Notes under the pieces: generated by a model
What the model saw: the letters and a program-made list of their open reading frames with translations, nothing else
Databases searched by the model: none
What the model was told of the DNA's origin: nothing
In this document: in pieces, positions 46,217-55,864 of the stretch
Numbering within the stretch: the stretch's first letter is position 1
Layout: each line of letters opens with the position of its first letter
Made by a program: the position numbers and the translations under genes
From: Patescibacteria group bacterium
GTDB lineage: Bacteria; Patescibacteriota; UBA1384; JACPKC01
Assembly: GCA_050944875.1 (NCBI GenBank)
Contig: JBMNRW010000003.1
Span: forward strand, 32,260 to 96,259
DNA length: 64,000 nt
Reading direction: 5' to 3'

Positions 46217-47929
46217 ATGAGCTTATACCGAGCGTACCGGCCCCAGACGTTCGCCGAGATCGTTGGCCAAGATCACGTGAAGCGGACGCTCGGGAACGCG
46301 GTCGCTGCGGGGACGGTGAGCCACGCCTACCTCTTCTCGGGCCCCCGGGGCGTCGGGAAGACCTCGATCGCCCGTATCCTTGCGATGAGCCTCAACTGCG
46401 CGGCTTGCGGCCCCACGAAGGGTGCGGAGCCGTGCGGGACGTGCGATGCTTGCCAGGCAACGCGGGCCGGGCACAACCTGAACGTCGTTGAGATCGACGC
46501 CGCGAGTAACCGCGGGATCGACGAGATCCGGGCGCTCCGCGAATCGATCGGGTTTGCGCCGAGCGGGGGCGGCCGGAAGCTCTACATCATCGACGAGGTC
46601 CACATGCTCACGAAGGAGGCGTTCAACGCGCTCCTGAAGACGTTAGAGGAGCCGCCGAAGCACGCCCACTTCGTACTTGCAACCACTGAGCTCCATAAGG
46701 TGCCCGAGACGATTATCTCGCGGACGCAGCACTTCGAGTTTAAACGGGCGACTATCCCTGAGGCGATCGAGCACCTCCGTCGGGTCGCAGCCGCAGAGTC
46801 GCTCAATGTCTCGGACGAGGCGCTTGCGCTCCTGGCAACCCACGCGGACGGCGGCTACCGGGATGCGCTCTCCCTCCTTGACCAGCTCGCCGCCCTGGGC
46901 GACCCAGAGATTACGGGCGACACGGTCCGCCTCATTCTTGGGATTGCGCCCGAGGCCGAGCTCCTCGAGCTCGTGACTGCTGCGCTCAAAGGTGACGCGA
47001 TAGCGATCCACGCGACGCTCGCCCGGTTCAACGAGCACGGCTACGACCCAGCTGCACTCATCGACGCGCTCGTCGGCCTCGCCCGGCGGGTCCTCTGGCA
47101 GGCGCACGGCATTACCGATGAGCGCGGTGCCGAGGTGAAGCGGGCGGTAGTAGCTACGCTCGCGGCTGCGCACGGCACGGCAGCAGCCGGCCAGCTCATC
47201 CGGTCGCTCGTTGACGCGAAGCAGTCGCTCCGCTGGAGCCCGATCCCTATGCTCCCGATCGAGCTCGCGCTGCTCGAGGCAACGCAGGTCCCGGCGGTCG
47301 TACCACCAGTGCAGGTACCGGTCCGGGCGACGCCGGCGCCAACGCCAGCGGTGATCCCGGCCGCACCGACACCACTCCCCGCGACGCCGCCACCTGCGCC
47401 GGCAGTTCCCGCCGTTGCGCCACCCGAGCCGGCTGTTCCCGTACCCGCGCCTGAGGTTGCGCCGCCAGCACCAGTACCGGAACCGGCTTCGGCACCAGTG
47501 GTCGTACCGTCTGCGCCACAGGGCGCCCCGCCGTCGCCATCGTCTGACGCACCGCTCGAGCACCCGACTGCCGCGTGGCAGGCGGTCGTCGACAAAGTCC
47601 GCCGGAAGAACGCCGCGTTGGCCGCGCTCCTCAAATCGGCGAAACTCAAAGGGATCGAGGACGGTGAGTGCGCGATCGAGGTGCCGTTCAGCTTCTACGC
47701 CGACCGCGTGAAGGATTTGAAGAACCGTGAGCTCATCGCGGCGATGATCGCCGAAGTGACCGGGCTCTCGGTCGCTATTCGCTGCGAGGTCGCGGGCGCG
47801 ACGCCGCCGGCCGCGCTCCAAGCGTCAGGCGCAGCGCAGGGCGAGGTGAGCCGGACGAGCGACGACGTCCTAAAGGACGCGACCGAGGTGTTCGGCGCGG
47901 CGCTCGAGGCGGAGCCGGTCCATGGCTAG
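46217..47929 (+). CDS. dnaX: DNA polymerase III gamma/tau subunit
   Basis: LYRAYRPQTF, GPRGVGKT, Cys4 Zn site, IDAASNRG, DEVHML, Pro/Ala linker. Confidence 0.96.
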   Translation: MSLYRAYRPQTFAEIVGQDHVKRTLGNAVAAGTVSHAYLFSGPRGVGKTSIARILAMSLNCAACGPTKGAEPCGTCDACQATRAGHNLNVVEIDAASNRGIDEIRALRESIGFAPSGGGRKLYIIDEVHMLTKEAFNALLKTLEEPPKHAHFVLATTELHKVPETIISRTQHFEFKRATIPEAIEHLRRVAAAESLNVSDEALALLATHADGGYRDALSLLDQLAALGDPEITGDTVRLILGIAPEAELLELVTAALKGDAIAIHATLARFNEHGYDPAALIDALVGLARRVLWQAHGITDERGAEVKRAVVATLAAAHGTAAAGQLIRSLVDAKQSLRWSPIPMLPIELALLEATQVPAVVPPVQVPVRATPAPTPAVIPAAPTPLPATPPPAPAVPAVAPPEPAVPVPAPEVAPPAPVPEPASAPVVVPSAPQGAPPSPSSDAPLEHPTAAWQAVVDKVRRKNAALAALLKSAKLKGIEDGECAIEVPFSFYADRVKDLKNRELIAAMIAEVTGLSVAIRCEVAGATPPAALQASGAAQGEVSRTSDDVLKDATEVFGAALEAEPVHG

Positions 47930-49331
47930 AGACGGCGGCGCGACGATGGCGCGCACCATGCCGGCGAAGGCCGACGGCCTCGTCTTGACCGGGCTTCGGT
48001 TGCCGCCGCAGTCCATTGAGGCGGAGCAGTCGGTCCTCGGCGCGCTCCTCCTCGACGAGAACGCGGTCATCAAGATCGCCGACCTCCTCGACCCTGAGGA
48101 CTTCTACCGCGAGGACCACAAGATCATCTACGAGGCGATCCTCGCTCTGTTCGAGAAGCGCCGCCCGTGCGACGTCCTGACGCTCACCGAAGAGCTCGAG
48201 AGCCGGAAGCAGCTCAAGGCGGCCGGTGGGGCGGGCGCGATCGCGAGCCTGACGGCGGCAGTCCCAACGGCGGCGAATGTCTTCCACTACGCCCAGATCG
48301 TCCACGAGAAGGGGCTCTTAAGGCGGCTCATCTGGACCGCAGCTGCGGTCCAGGAGCTCGGCTACCAGGAAGACCGGGCGGTCGACGAGCTCGTCGACGA
48401 GGCGGAGCGCCTCATGTTCGCCGTCTCCGAGACGTCGGTGAAGCAGAAGTTCGAGCCAATCAAGGACGTCCTCACCCGGTCATTTGAGCGCATCGAGGAG
48501 CTCCACGAGAACAAGGGGAAGACGCGCGGCGTCGCCACCGGGTTCCGCGATCTCGACAACCTCCTGTCCGGCCTCCAGGCGTCTGACCTCGTCATCATCG
48601 CCGCCCGCCCGTCGATGGGTAAGACGAGCTTTATCCTCAACATTGCGCAGTACGCGGCGATCCACAATAACGTGCCGGTCGGCTTCTTCTCGCTCGAGCA
48701 GTCGAAGGACCAGCTTATTGATCGTTTGGTCTCGGGTGAGGCGGGCGTCGATTCGTGGAAGCTCCGGACCGGCAACCTCGCGAGCGAGGACTTCGAGCGG
48801 CTGAACTACTCGATGGGGGTTTTGAACGACGCGCCGATCTACCTCGACGACAGCCCGAACATGACCGTCATGGAGATGCGGACGAAGGCGCGGCGCTTGC
48901 AAGCGGAGCACGGGCTCGGGCTCATCATCGTTGACTACCTCCAGCTCATGCAGGGGCGGCAGACGAAGGACGCGAACCGCGTCCAGGAAATCTCGGACAT
49001 CTCGCGCGGCTTGAAGGGGATCGCCCGCGAGCTCAACGTGCCGGTTGTCGCGCTCTCGCAGCTCTCCCGAAGCGTCGAGCAGCGGCCGGACAAGCGGCCT
49101 GTCCTCTCCGACCTCCGTGAATCTGGCTCGATCGAGCAGGATGCGGACGTCGTGATGTTCATCTACCGCGAGGACTACTACAACCCGGAGACTGAGAACA
49201 AGAACATCGCGAAGATCCTCGTCCGCAAGCACCGGAACGGCCCGATCGGCGAAGTCGACCTGTTCTTCATCCCCGAGCAGACGAAGTTCCGCACCCTCGA
49301 CCGCAAGCACGCGCCGAAGGGAGAGGACTGA
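47922..49331 (+). CDS. dnaB: Replicative DNA helicase (start may be 47946 or 47958)
   Basis: PPQSIEAEQSVLG, AARPSMGKT, VDYLQLM, LSQLSR, SDLRESGSIEQDAD, KHRNGP. Confidence 0.98.
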   Translation: MARDGGATMARTMPAKADGLVLTGLRLPPQSIEAEQSVLGALLLDENAVIKIADLLDPEDFYREDHKIIYEAILALFEKRRPCDVLTLTEELESRKQLKAAGGAGAIASLTAAVPTAANVFHYAQIVHEKGLLRRLIWTAAAVQELGYQEDRAVDELVDEAERLMFAVSETSVKQKFEPIKDVLTRSFERIEELHENKGKTRGVATGFRDLDNLLSGLQASDLVIIAARPSMGKTSFILNIAQYAAIHNNVPVGFFSLEQSKDQLIDRLVSGEAGVDSWKLRTGNLASEDFERLNYSMGVLNDAPIYLDDSPNMTVMEMRTKARRLQAEHGLGLIIVDYLQLMQGRQTKDANRVQEISDISRGLKGIARELNVPVVALSQLSRSVEQRPDKRPVLSDLRESGSIEQDADVVMFIYREDYYNPETENKNIAKILVRKHRNGPIGEVDLFFIPEQTKFRTLDRKHAPKGED

Positions 49332-51235
49332 TGCAGTCGGCGATGGAGGGCGTGGTCGCCACCCAGGCGACCGTGACGAGTCGGCTCCTCGACGCCTTGA
49401 ACCCCGAGCAGCGGCTGGCCGCGGAGACGCTCGACGGCCCGGTCCTCATCCTGGCGGGGGCTGGCTCCGGCAAGACGAAGACGCTGACCCACCGCGTCGC
49501 CCACTTGGTTGAGCGCGGGGTGAGCCCGGCGAACATCCTCGCCGTCACGTTCACGAACAAGGCGGCTGGCGAGATGCGCGAGCGACTGTCCAGCTTGTGC
49601 GCCGAGTACCTGCCTGGCCGCTCGGTCGGCTTCCCATGGCTCGGGACATTCCACTCGGTCTGCGTCCGAATCCTTCGGCGCTCGATCGGTCACCTGGGGT
49701 ACAAGGCGAGCTTCACAATTTACGACGCGAGCGACTCCCAGAGCCTCATTAAGTCGGTGATGGGGGACCTGGGGATCGACCCGAAGACGAACAACCCGCG
49801 CACCGTCCAGAGCTTCATCTCGGGCGCGAAGAACGAGCTCATGGGCCCGAGTGAGTACGAGGCGGTTGCGGACGGGTACTTCATGGAGACGGTCGCGAAG
49901 GTGTACCACCGGTACCAGGCGGCCCTCAAAGAGGCGAACGCCCTCGACTTCGACGACCTGCTCATCCTGACGGCGCGGCTCTTCGCCGAGTACCCGGAGG
50001 TCCTCCAGGACTACCAGGCGCAGTTCAAGTACGTCCTGGTCGACGAGTACCAGGACACGAACCTCGTCCAGTACCGGCTCGTGAAGGCGCTCGCGAGCCA
50101 CGGCAACATCTGTGTCGTCGGTGACGACTACCAGGCGATCTACGGTTGGCGCGGCGCGAACTTCCGGAACATCCTGAACTTCGAGAAGGACTGGCCGAAC
50201 GCGTGCGTCGTGAAGCTGGAGCAGAACTACCGGTCGACCCAGGTCATTTTGGATGCGGCCGACGCGGTCATTAAGAACAACTACCAGCGGACCGACAAGA
50301 AGCTCTGGAGCGAGAAGAAGGAAGGCGCACCAGTCACGGTGTACGAAGCGGTCGACGGGCTCGACGAGGTCGACTTCGTCGCCACCGAGATCGCGAGCCT
50401 CAGACGCCACTACCCGAGCCTGAACTCGTTCACCGTCCTCTACCGGACGAACGCGCAGTCGCGCGCCTTGGAAGAGTGCTTCATGAAGCGCGAGCTCCCG
50501 TACCGCTTGGTCGGCGCCGTTCGCTTCTACGAGCGCAAGGAAGTGAAGGACATGATGGCGTACCTGCGGGTCATCGCGAACCCGGCCGACGTCATCGCGT
50601 TCGAGCGCGCGAGCGGCGCACCGGCGCGCGGGATCGGGAAGAAGACCATGGAACTCGTCCGGACGAAGGGGGTCGTGGCAGCGTGCGAGGAGCACGTGAA
50701 ACTCAAAAACTTCGCGACCCTCCTCGAGAGCTTCCGTACGTACGCGACCGACCACGACGTTGCCGCCCTCATCGATTACGTCGCGGAGCACGCAGGGTAC
50801 CGCGAGTACCTCCTCGACGGCACGGACGAGGGCGAGGGGCGGTGGGAGAACATCCAAGAGTTGAAGTCGGTCGCCGAGGGCTACCCGAGCCTGCAGGAAT
50901 TCCTCGAGGCGACCAGCCTCATCTCCGACGTCGACAACTACGACCCGAAGCACGAGGCCGTCACCTTGATGACGATGCACAACGCCAAGGGGCTCGAGTT
51001 CCCGGTCGTCTTTATCGTCGGCTGTGAAGAGGGGATCTTTCCGCACTCACGCGCGCTCGCCGACCCGGCGCAGATGGAAGAGGAGCGCCGGCTCTGCTAC
51101 GTCGGGATGACCCGGGCGAAGGAGCGGCTCTACATGCTCTCTGCAAACTCGCGCCTCATCTACGGCGGGTTCCAGGCAAACCCGAGCTCACGATTCCTCT
51201 CGGAGATTCCCGACCACCTCAAGGAACGGCTCTAG
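49331..51235 (+). CDS. pcrA: UvrD/PcrA ATP-dependent DNA helicase
   Basis: AGAGSGKT, VDEYQDTN, VGDDYQAIYGWRGA, QNYRS, KGLEF, EERRLCYVGMTRA. Confidence 0.93.
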   Translation: MQSAMEGVVATQATVTSRLLDALNPEQRLAAETLDGPVLILAGAGSGKTKTLTHRVAHLVERGVSPANILAVTFTNKAAGEMRERLSSLCAEYLPGRSVGFPWLGTFHSVCVRILRRSIGHLGYKASFTIYDASDSQSLIKSVMGDLGIDPKTNNPRTVQSFISGAKNELMGPSEYEAVADGYFMETVAKVYHRYQAALKEANALDFDDLLILTARLFAEYPEVLQDYQAQFKYVLVDEYQDTNLVQYRLVKALASHGNICVVGDDYQAIYGWRGANFRNILNFEKDWPNACVVKLEQNYRSTQVILDAADAVIKNNYQRTDKKLWSEKKEGAPVTVYEAVDGLDEVDFVATEIASLRRHYPSLNSFTVLYRTNAQSRALEECFMKRELPYRLVGAVRFYERKEVKDMMAYLRVIANPADVIAFERASGAPARGIGKKTMELVRTKGVVAACEEHVKLKNFATLLESFRTYATDHDVAALIDYVAEHAGYREYLLDGTDEGEGRWENIQELKSVAEGYPSLQEFLEATSLISDVDNYDPKHEAVTLMTMHNAKGLEFPVVFIVGCEEGIFPHSRALADPAQMEEERRLCYVGMTRAKERLYMLSANSRLIYGGFQANPSSRFLSEIPDHLKERL

Positions 51236-51273
51236 CTGTTGACGGGCGGTCTCCTTTGGGGAATGATCTAGTA

Positions 51274-51393
51274 GTGGACTACCAGCTGAACTGCCGATTT
51301 GGTTTCATTGCGTTCTGGCCCGTGGCCAGTGTTTCGGCGTAGTTCGCAAGATCCCTGACGCTTGAACTACTGGCCCTCGGGCCGGTGGTTTTT
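51274..51393 (+). promoter_or_regulatory. Candidate attenuator: 22-aa leader ORF, antiterminator, terminator
   Basis: GTG 51274-TAG 51342; GTAGTTC(51339-45) pairs with GAACTAC(51364-70), which overlaps terminator stem 51365-51390 + T-tract. Confidence 0.5.
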
Positions 51394-51427
51394 CTGTCAG
51401 GAGTTCACAACAGGGAAGGTGCGTACG

Positions 51428-51730
51428 ATGTTCACTCTGTTCGATCACCTCTTGGCGGCGCCGCCCGAGTTCGAGCCGACAACTTCGAGTCTGGCGCTGG
51501 CGCTCCAGGAGGAGGGAGCGCCGCAGGTGTACTTCGCGCCCCGAGTGCGTACGTTGGCGAACGGCATGCCTGTTCGTCAGCTCCGGCACGCCGGGCGCAA
51601 CGGTGGCGTCTGTGGTTGCACGACGGGACTGCTGAACGAGAAGGGGCGCGTCCTTTGTCGTCGACACAGCCATGTCGTCGCGGATATCAGCGCCCACCCC
51701 TGGATCATCCAGGCGCTGATGAACGGGTAG
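51428..51730 (+). CDS. Hypothetical protein with CxC...CxxH putative Zn site (100 aa)
   Basis: SD-like AGGGAAGGT; VCGC and LCRRH; downstream hairpin + long T-tract ~51747-51791. Confidence 0.6.
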   Translation: MFTLFDHLLAAPPEFEPTTSSLALALQEEGAPQVYFAPRVRTLANGMPVRQLRHAGRNGGVCGCTTGLLNEKGRVLCRRHSHVVADISAHPWIIQALMNG

Positions 51731-51858
51731 TAATCAAGCGCCCGCTGGCCTCGGACTCATGCGTGAGTTACGGGGCCTGTTTTTTATTTTTACCAGTGCA
51801 GCTTCGGTGATAAAGGAAAAGCACCCCGGGTGGGGTGCTGGCCGGCGAGCGCCGGTGA

Positions 51859-51948
51859 TTATTGGAAGTACTGGGCTGTGTATCGGTGAACACTGAGAAG
51901 TTTGTCGGCGAGCGTCTGGCCACTGCTGTTTGGCTTGAGTCTGATCAT
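51859..51948 (-). CDS. Small peptide (29 aa)
   Basis: SD GAAAGGAG; MIRLKPNSSGQTLADKLLSVHRYTAQYFQ; followed by AGCACCCC/GGGGTGCT terminator. Confidence 0.4.
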   Translation of the reverse strand: MIRLKPNSSGQTLADKLLSVHRYTAQYFQ

Positions 51949-51965
51949 GGCGCTCCTTTCTCCAG

Positions 51966-52142
51966 TTACGCTTCGGCGTAGGTGTCGGGCGCGATCGCGC
52001 TCCGCGTTCTCTGGGGCAGTCGGCGATTCCGCGTATGCTCAGGCTGTTCTTGTGCCTGCTTCTTCGCGTTCTCGCGCAGTCGGCAGAGCTCTTCCTCGGG
52101 GAAGGGCTCCCAGCGGTTGTCCCTCCAAATGAGGATCTGCAT
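51966..52142 (-). CDS. Small hypothetical protein (58 aa)
   Basis: Promoter TTGACG(52281)-17-TACGCT(52258); SD-like AAAGGGG 5' of ATG 52142. Confidence 0.5.
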   Translation of the reverse strand: MQILIWRDNRWEPFPEEELCRLRENAKKQAQEQPEHTRNRRLPQRTRSAIAPDTYAEA

Positions 52143-52741
52143 TGTCGTGCCCCTTTCCAGGACCTCCCCAAGTAACCGTCCAGCCACGGCAACTTGGAAA
52201 GGGGCGTCGGTACGTCGAAGGTGCCCCCACTTCATCGTACCCACCTCTTCGAAGCGTACGTCTGCTCGGTGTTGACGTCAATTCCTCGGTGCGCTGAAGG
52301 CGGTCGAGCTACGATGTTAATCGTTGAGCTCTCCTCGTTATTTTGGAGATATCCACAGAAATACGTTGACAGCATCAGTCAGACGTCAGATACTATTATA
52401 ATCCTTAAAAACAAAATGACCTGCAGCACGATCCGGTGCACCACCTGGACCGCGACCTCGTCGCGAGCCAGCAGTGTACCGCAGCGCCGGGCAACCGGCG
52501 TCGCAGCACACTTCGCCACCGCCTCCGGGCGGACCAAGCGGACGGCAGCCACCGTCTTATCGCAGGGGATACCCTGGGATGGGATCTCGGCCCGCCAGCT
52601 GCCGGCGACAGAGGGCTTGTCACGCAGTACGGGCAATAGTTGCAACACATATTCCCGTCGGCGCAAGCCCTCTTTTTGTTGCGTAAGTTCTCGAGTACAC
52701 TGACGCAATTCAGGGTTACCTTTCCAAGGAGGTGCAGGTCG

Positions 52742-53290
52742 ATGCAGGTGCTCTTTGTGCCGGGAGCTGACATTCGACTTGGGAATTCGCTCGAGGGAAC
52801 AGTGACGCTCCATCGGCTCAAGGCCGCGCTTCGCCAGTGGCAGGCTGACGAAGCGCAGTACATCCTCGTTACTGGCGGACGACGTTCGCCGTCTCGCCAG
52901 ACGATCTCGACGCGGAGCCTGATGCGGCGATGGTTGATGGCAGAAGGTGTGCCAGTGCAACAGATCGTGCTCGGGGCGTTGGCGCTCGATTCGTATGGCG
53001 CGGTCCGAGATTCGTTCGAGCCGCTGTCTCGCTTGTGCCTAGAGCGTCGCAAGGTGTACAGCGCGGTCCGGTTCACCCTTGTCTCCGACCCACTGCACTG
53101 TCGTCGGCTCGCGCAGTACTTCCGGCAGTTCGGCCATGAGGTCGAGCAGCTCGAGGTGCGTCGGTGGGGCAGTGTGCCCGCGTTCTACGCGGAGCAGTGC
53201 AAGTACCTTATCGCACTCCTCGATCCATTCGGTTTGTCATCAGTGCTGGCGACCACGTACCGGTCGCTCTGTCGTCGCTGTGGATACTAG
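52742..53290 (+). CDS. YdcF/DUF218 (ElyC/SanA-like) protein, degenerate
   Basis: SD AGGAGGTG; HRLKAAL, ILVTGG, MRRWLMAEGVP, LVSDPLHCRR, EQCKY. Confidence 0.75.
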   Translation: MQVLFVPGADIRLGNSLEGTVTLHRLKAALRQWQADEAQYILVTGGRRSPSRQTISTRSLMRRWLMAEGVPVQQIVLGALALDSYGAVRDSFEPLSRLCLERRKVYSAVRFTLVSDPLHCRRLAQYFRQFGHEVEQLEVRRWGSVPAFYAEQCKYLIALLDPFGLSSVLATTYRSLCRRCGY

Positions 53291-53311
53291 CTGTGCTACG
53301 ATAGTCGTCGC

Positions 53312-54274
53312 ATGAATGCTCGTCTCCACGCCTTCCTTGGCCTCGTCTTCGCGACGGGGCTTTCTGCTGTCCTCTGGTGGCTCCATAGTGTTCGGCTTGC
53401 GCCGACCGTTGTAGAGGCAAGCGAGCTCGAGCAAGGACTCGGGAGCGTCGAGCTTGGCGGCGTTACCCACCCGGTGGAGCGCGTCGTCACGCCACCAGGG
53501 ATGACGAACCTTACCGAGGCGCTCGCTGCAGCCGGTGTGGTACTCGAACCGGAAGATCGCTACGTGGCTGTGCCGGATCCTGTGCTCGGTGTCGGGAGCT
53601 GGGTCGAGATTACCCGGGCCATTCCCGTTACGCTCCGAGACGCGGAGATCTCGCGTACGCACCGGACGTGGGCGCCGACCGTCGGCGCGCTCCTCGATGA
53701 GCTGGGCGTCCTTATCGACGCCGATGACCGGCTGACACCTGCGCCGGAGACGCCGCTTGCGCACGGCCTCGTCATTACGGTGACGCGGGTCGGGGTGAGC
53801 GACGAGACGGAGCGTGAGAGCATCGACTACAAGACCGTCCGCAAGCAGGACCCGGAGCTCGAGAAGGGGAAGACCCGGGTCGGGCAAGTCGGCAAGGTTG
53901 GCACGAAGAAGAAAACCTATGAAGTGGTCCGGGAGAACGGCCAGGTGGTCAAGCGGTCGCTTGTCGCAACTGAGGTTGAGCGTGAGCCAGTGGATGAAGT
54001 GGTCTACGAGGGGACGAAGGTCCTAAGTTACGGGAGCGGTGAGGCGACTTGGTACGCGCTCCGGACCGGCATGCAGGCGGCGCATAACACGTTGCCGTTC
54101 GGGACGTGGGTCAAGGTGACGAGCCTTGCCTCGGGCAAGTCCGTGGACGTCCAGATCACTGACCGCGGCATCCAGGGGAGCGCGATCATTGACCTCACCG
54201 CCGACGCGTTCAAGCTCATCGCTCCGTTGGGCGCTGGTCGGATCCAGGTGAAGCTCGAGAAGGACTGGGACTAG
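53312..54274 (+). CDS. G5-domain + RlpA-like DPBB cell-wall protein (YabE-like)
   Basis: TM anchor, DUF348-like repeats, G5 (DPELEKGKTRVGQVGKVG...EPVDEVVYEGTK), AAHNTLPFGT, DRG, IIDLT. Confidence 0.88.
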   Translation: MNARLHAFLGLVFATGLSAVLWWLHSVRLAPTVVEASELEQGLGSVELGGVTHPVERVVTPPGMTNLTEALAAAGVVLEPEDRYVAVPDPVLGVGSWVEITRAIPVTLRDAEISRTHRTWAPTVGALLDELGVLIDADDRLTPAPETPLAHGLVITVTRVGVSDETERESIDYKTVRKQDPELEKGKTRVGQVGKVGTKKKTYEVVRENGQVVKRSLVATEVEREPVDEVVYEGTKVLSYGSGEATWYALRTGMQAAHNTLPFGTWVKVTSLASGKSVDVQITDRGIQGSAIIDLTADAFKLIAPLGAGRIQVKLEKDWD

Positions 54275-54371
54275 AAAAGGGAAAGGAGCCCGGAGGCTCC
54301 TTAGGTTGCGTGGACTCGTCCTAGACGAGCTGTTCAAACGTTTTCCGGTAGTTCTGTTGGAGTTTGAGCAG

Positions 54372-54887
54372 TTATGCCTGCCTTCGCTCGACATCTTCCT
54401 GCTCTCTCGTGATGTGCTCGCGGAGCTTGGCGTTCGCGTCGACGTTTCTGGGTAGGCGTTGATCGAGCACCCAGAGGGCAGCGTAGCACTCCAACAGCTG
54501 ATCGTAGCTCAGCCCTGGCACTGGGTGGGGTAGTTGGTCGGCGAGCCAGGCACCAAGGAGTAGGGCGGGCGAAGCCGGTGCTTGTACCGTTCTCAGGAAC
54601 GGCGCGCAGAGATTGGCGAGCCGTGAGAGGTCATCGCGCGGGTCATCTGCCCAGAGATCCTCTTCGCATCCCTCGGGTTTCTCGAGGCGAAGGATTAGCG
54701 CATAGAGGAATGGTGTCGTGACTCTTAGGGAGTTGAAATAGTCATCCAGGCTGTCTGCGCACTTGGTGAGTACGTAGTAAGCGGAGCCTCGATGTGGCAC
54801 CGTTGATCTGTGCTGGAGGTGATCCTCTAGGATTTGAGCGAGAGCAGGCATGACGTTGGGGGTATTTAGCGGATGAGGTATAAGCAC
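54372..54887 (-). CDS. Hypothetical protein (ORFan, helical)
   Basis: SD GAGGTG; lower GC; minus-strand terminator AAGGAGCC/GGCTCCTT ~54275-54302. Confidence 0.6.
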   Translation of the reverse strand: MLIPHPLNTPNVMPALAQILEDHLQHRSTVPHRGSAYYVLTKCADSLDDYFNSLRVTTPFLYALILRLEKPEGCEEDLWADDPRDDLSRLANLCAPFLRTVQAPASPALLLGAWLADQLPHPVPGLSYDQLLECYAALWVLDQRLPRNVDANAKLREHITREQEDVERRQA

Positions 54888-54988
54888 CGTTTTTGCACCT
54901 CAATTGGAAAGCTCCTCCCAGGGAAGGGCGGAGTGAGTACACTACAATACTACTAGCGCGTCAACCTGTTCTACTGGTATACTGAAGA

Positions 54989-55864
54989 ATGCAATTTTCG
55001 CCTGGCCGGGGTGACCGGCGTACCGAATGGAAAGAGGGAGTGGCTGCCAAGAAGCGGTTCGGGCAGCATTTTTTAATTGACGAGGCGGTGCTCGCCGACA
55101 TCATCACGGCGGCGGATCTTCAACCGGACGCCCGAGTGCTCGAGATCGGGCCAGGGCATGGCGTGCTCACAAGTGCGCTCGCCGAGGTGGTGAAAGACGA
55201 CGGCCTCATCCTGGCGGTCGAGGCGGACCGCGACCTCGTACCCCTCTTGCGCGCGCGGTTCAACAGCGTGAAGCGGGTGAAGGTCGTCTCGGGCGACATC
55301 CTCGGCCTGCCGCTCGCAAGCCTCCTTGAGCCGCCGTACCAGATCGTTTCGAACCTGCCGTACTCGATCACCTCACCAGTCATCACGAAGTTCCTCCTTG
55401 GTGACTACAAAGGACGGGCGGGCGAAGACTCGCCCCGGCCGACCTCGATGACGCTCCTCATCCAGAAGGAGGTTGCCGAACGACTGACCGCGGATGCGGG
55501 TGACCGGAACCGCGGCGTCCTCACCGTACTCGTCGAGCTTTTCGGACAAGCTGAGCTCATCCGACTCGTGTCACCCGAGGCGTTCGATCCCCGGCCGAAG
55601 GTAGAGAGCGCTGTCGTCCGGATTGAAGTCGGGGAGCCTGGCGCGGAGCCTGGCGCGTTCCTCCAACTCCTCAAGGCTGGGTTCGCGAACAAGCGCCGGC
55701 AGCTCCACAACTCGCTGGCCGGTTCGCTCCACCTTAGCGCCGACGACGCGAAAGCGCTCCTCGACCGCGCCGAGGTGAACCCGCTCCTTAGAGCTGAGCA
55801 GCTCGACCTCGCTGCGTGGCTCCGCCTCTTCGCAGTGGTCACCGAGGCGGTCCGCCGTGCGTGA
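54989..55864 (+). CDS. rsmA: 16S rRNA dimethyladenosine transferase
   Basis: KKRFGQHFL, LEIGPGHG, SNLPYSI, QKEVAER, FDPRPKVESAV. Confidence 0.96.
   Translation: MQFSPGRGDRRTEWKEGVAAKKRFGQHFLIDEAVLADIITAADLQPDARVLEIGPGHGVLTSALAEVVKDDGLILAVEADRDLVPLLRARFNSVKRVKVVSGDILGLPLASLLEPPYQIVSNLPYSITSPVITKFLLGDYKGRAGEDSPRPTSMTLLIQKEVAERLTADAGDRNRGVLTVLVELFGQAELIRLVSPEAFDPRPKVESAVVRIEVGEPGAEPGAFLQLLKAGFANKRRQLHNSLAGSLHLSADDAKALLDRAEVNPLLRAEQLDLAAWLRLFAVVTEAVRRA

Noticed and set aside
47285-47560. Repetitive Pro/Ala-rich tract in dnaX as tandem repeat or frameshift signal
   Set aside because: Degenerate low-complexity linker typical of tau; no exact DNA repeats or A-AAA-AAG slippery site seen.
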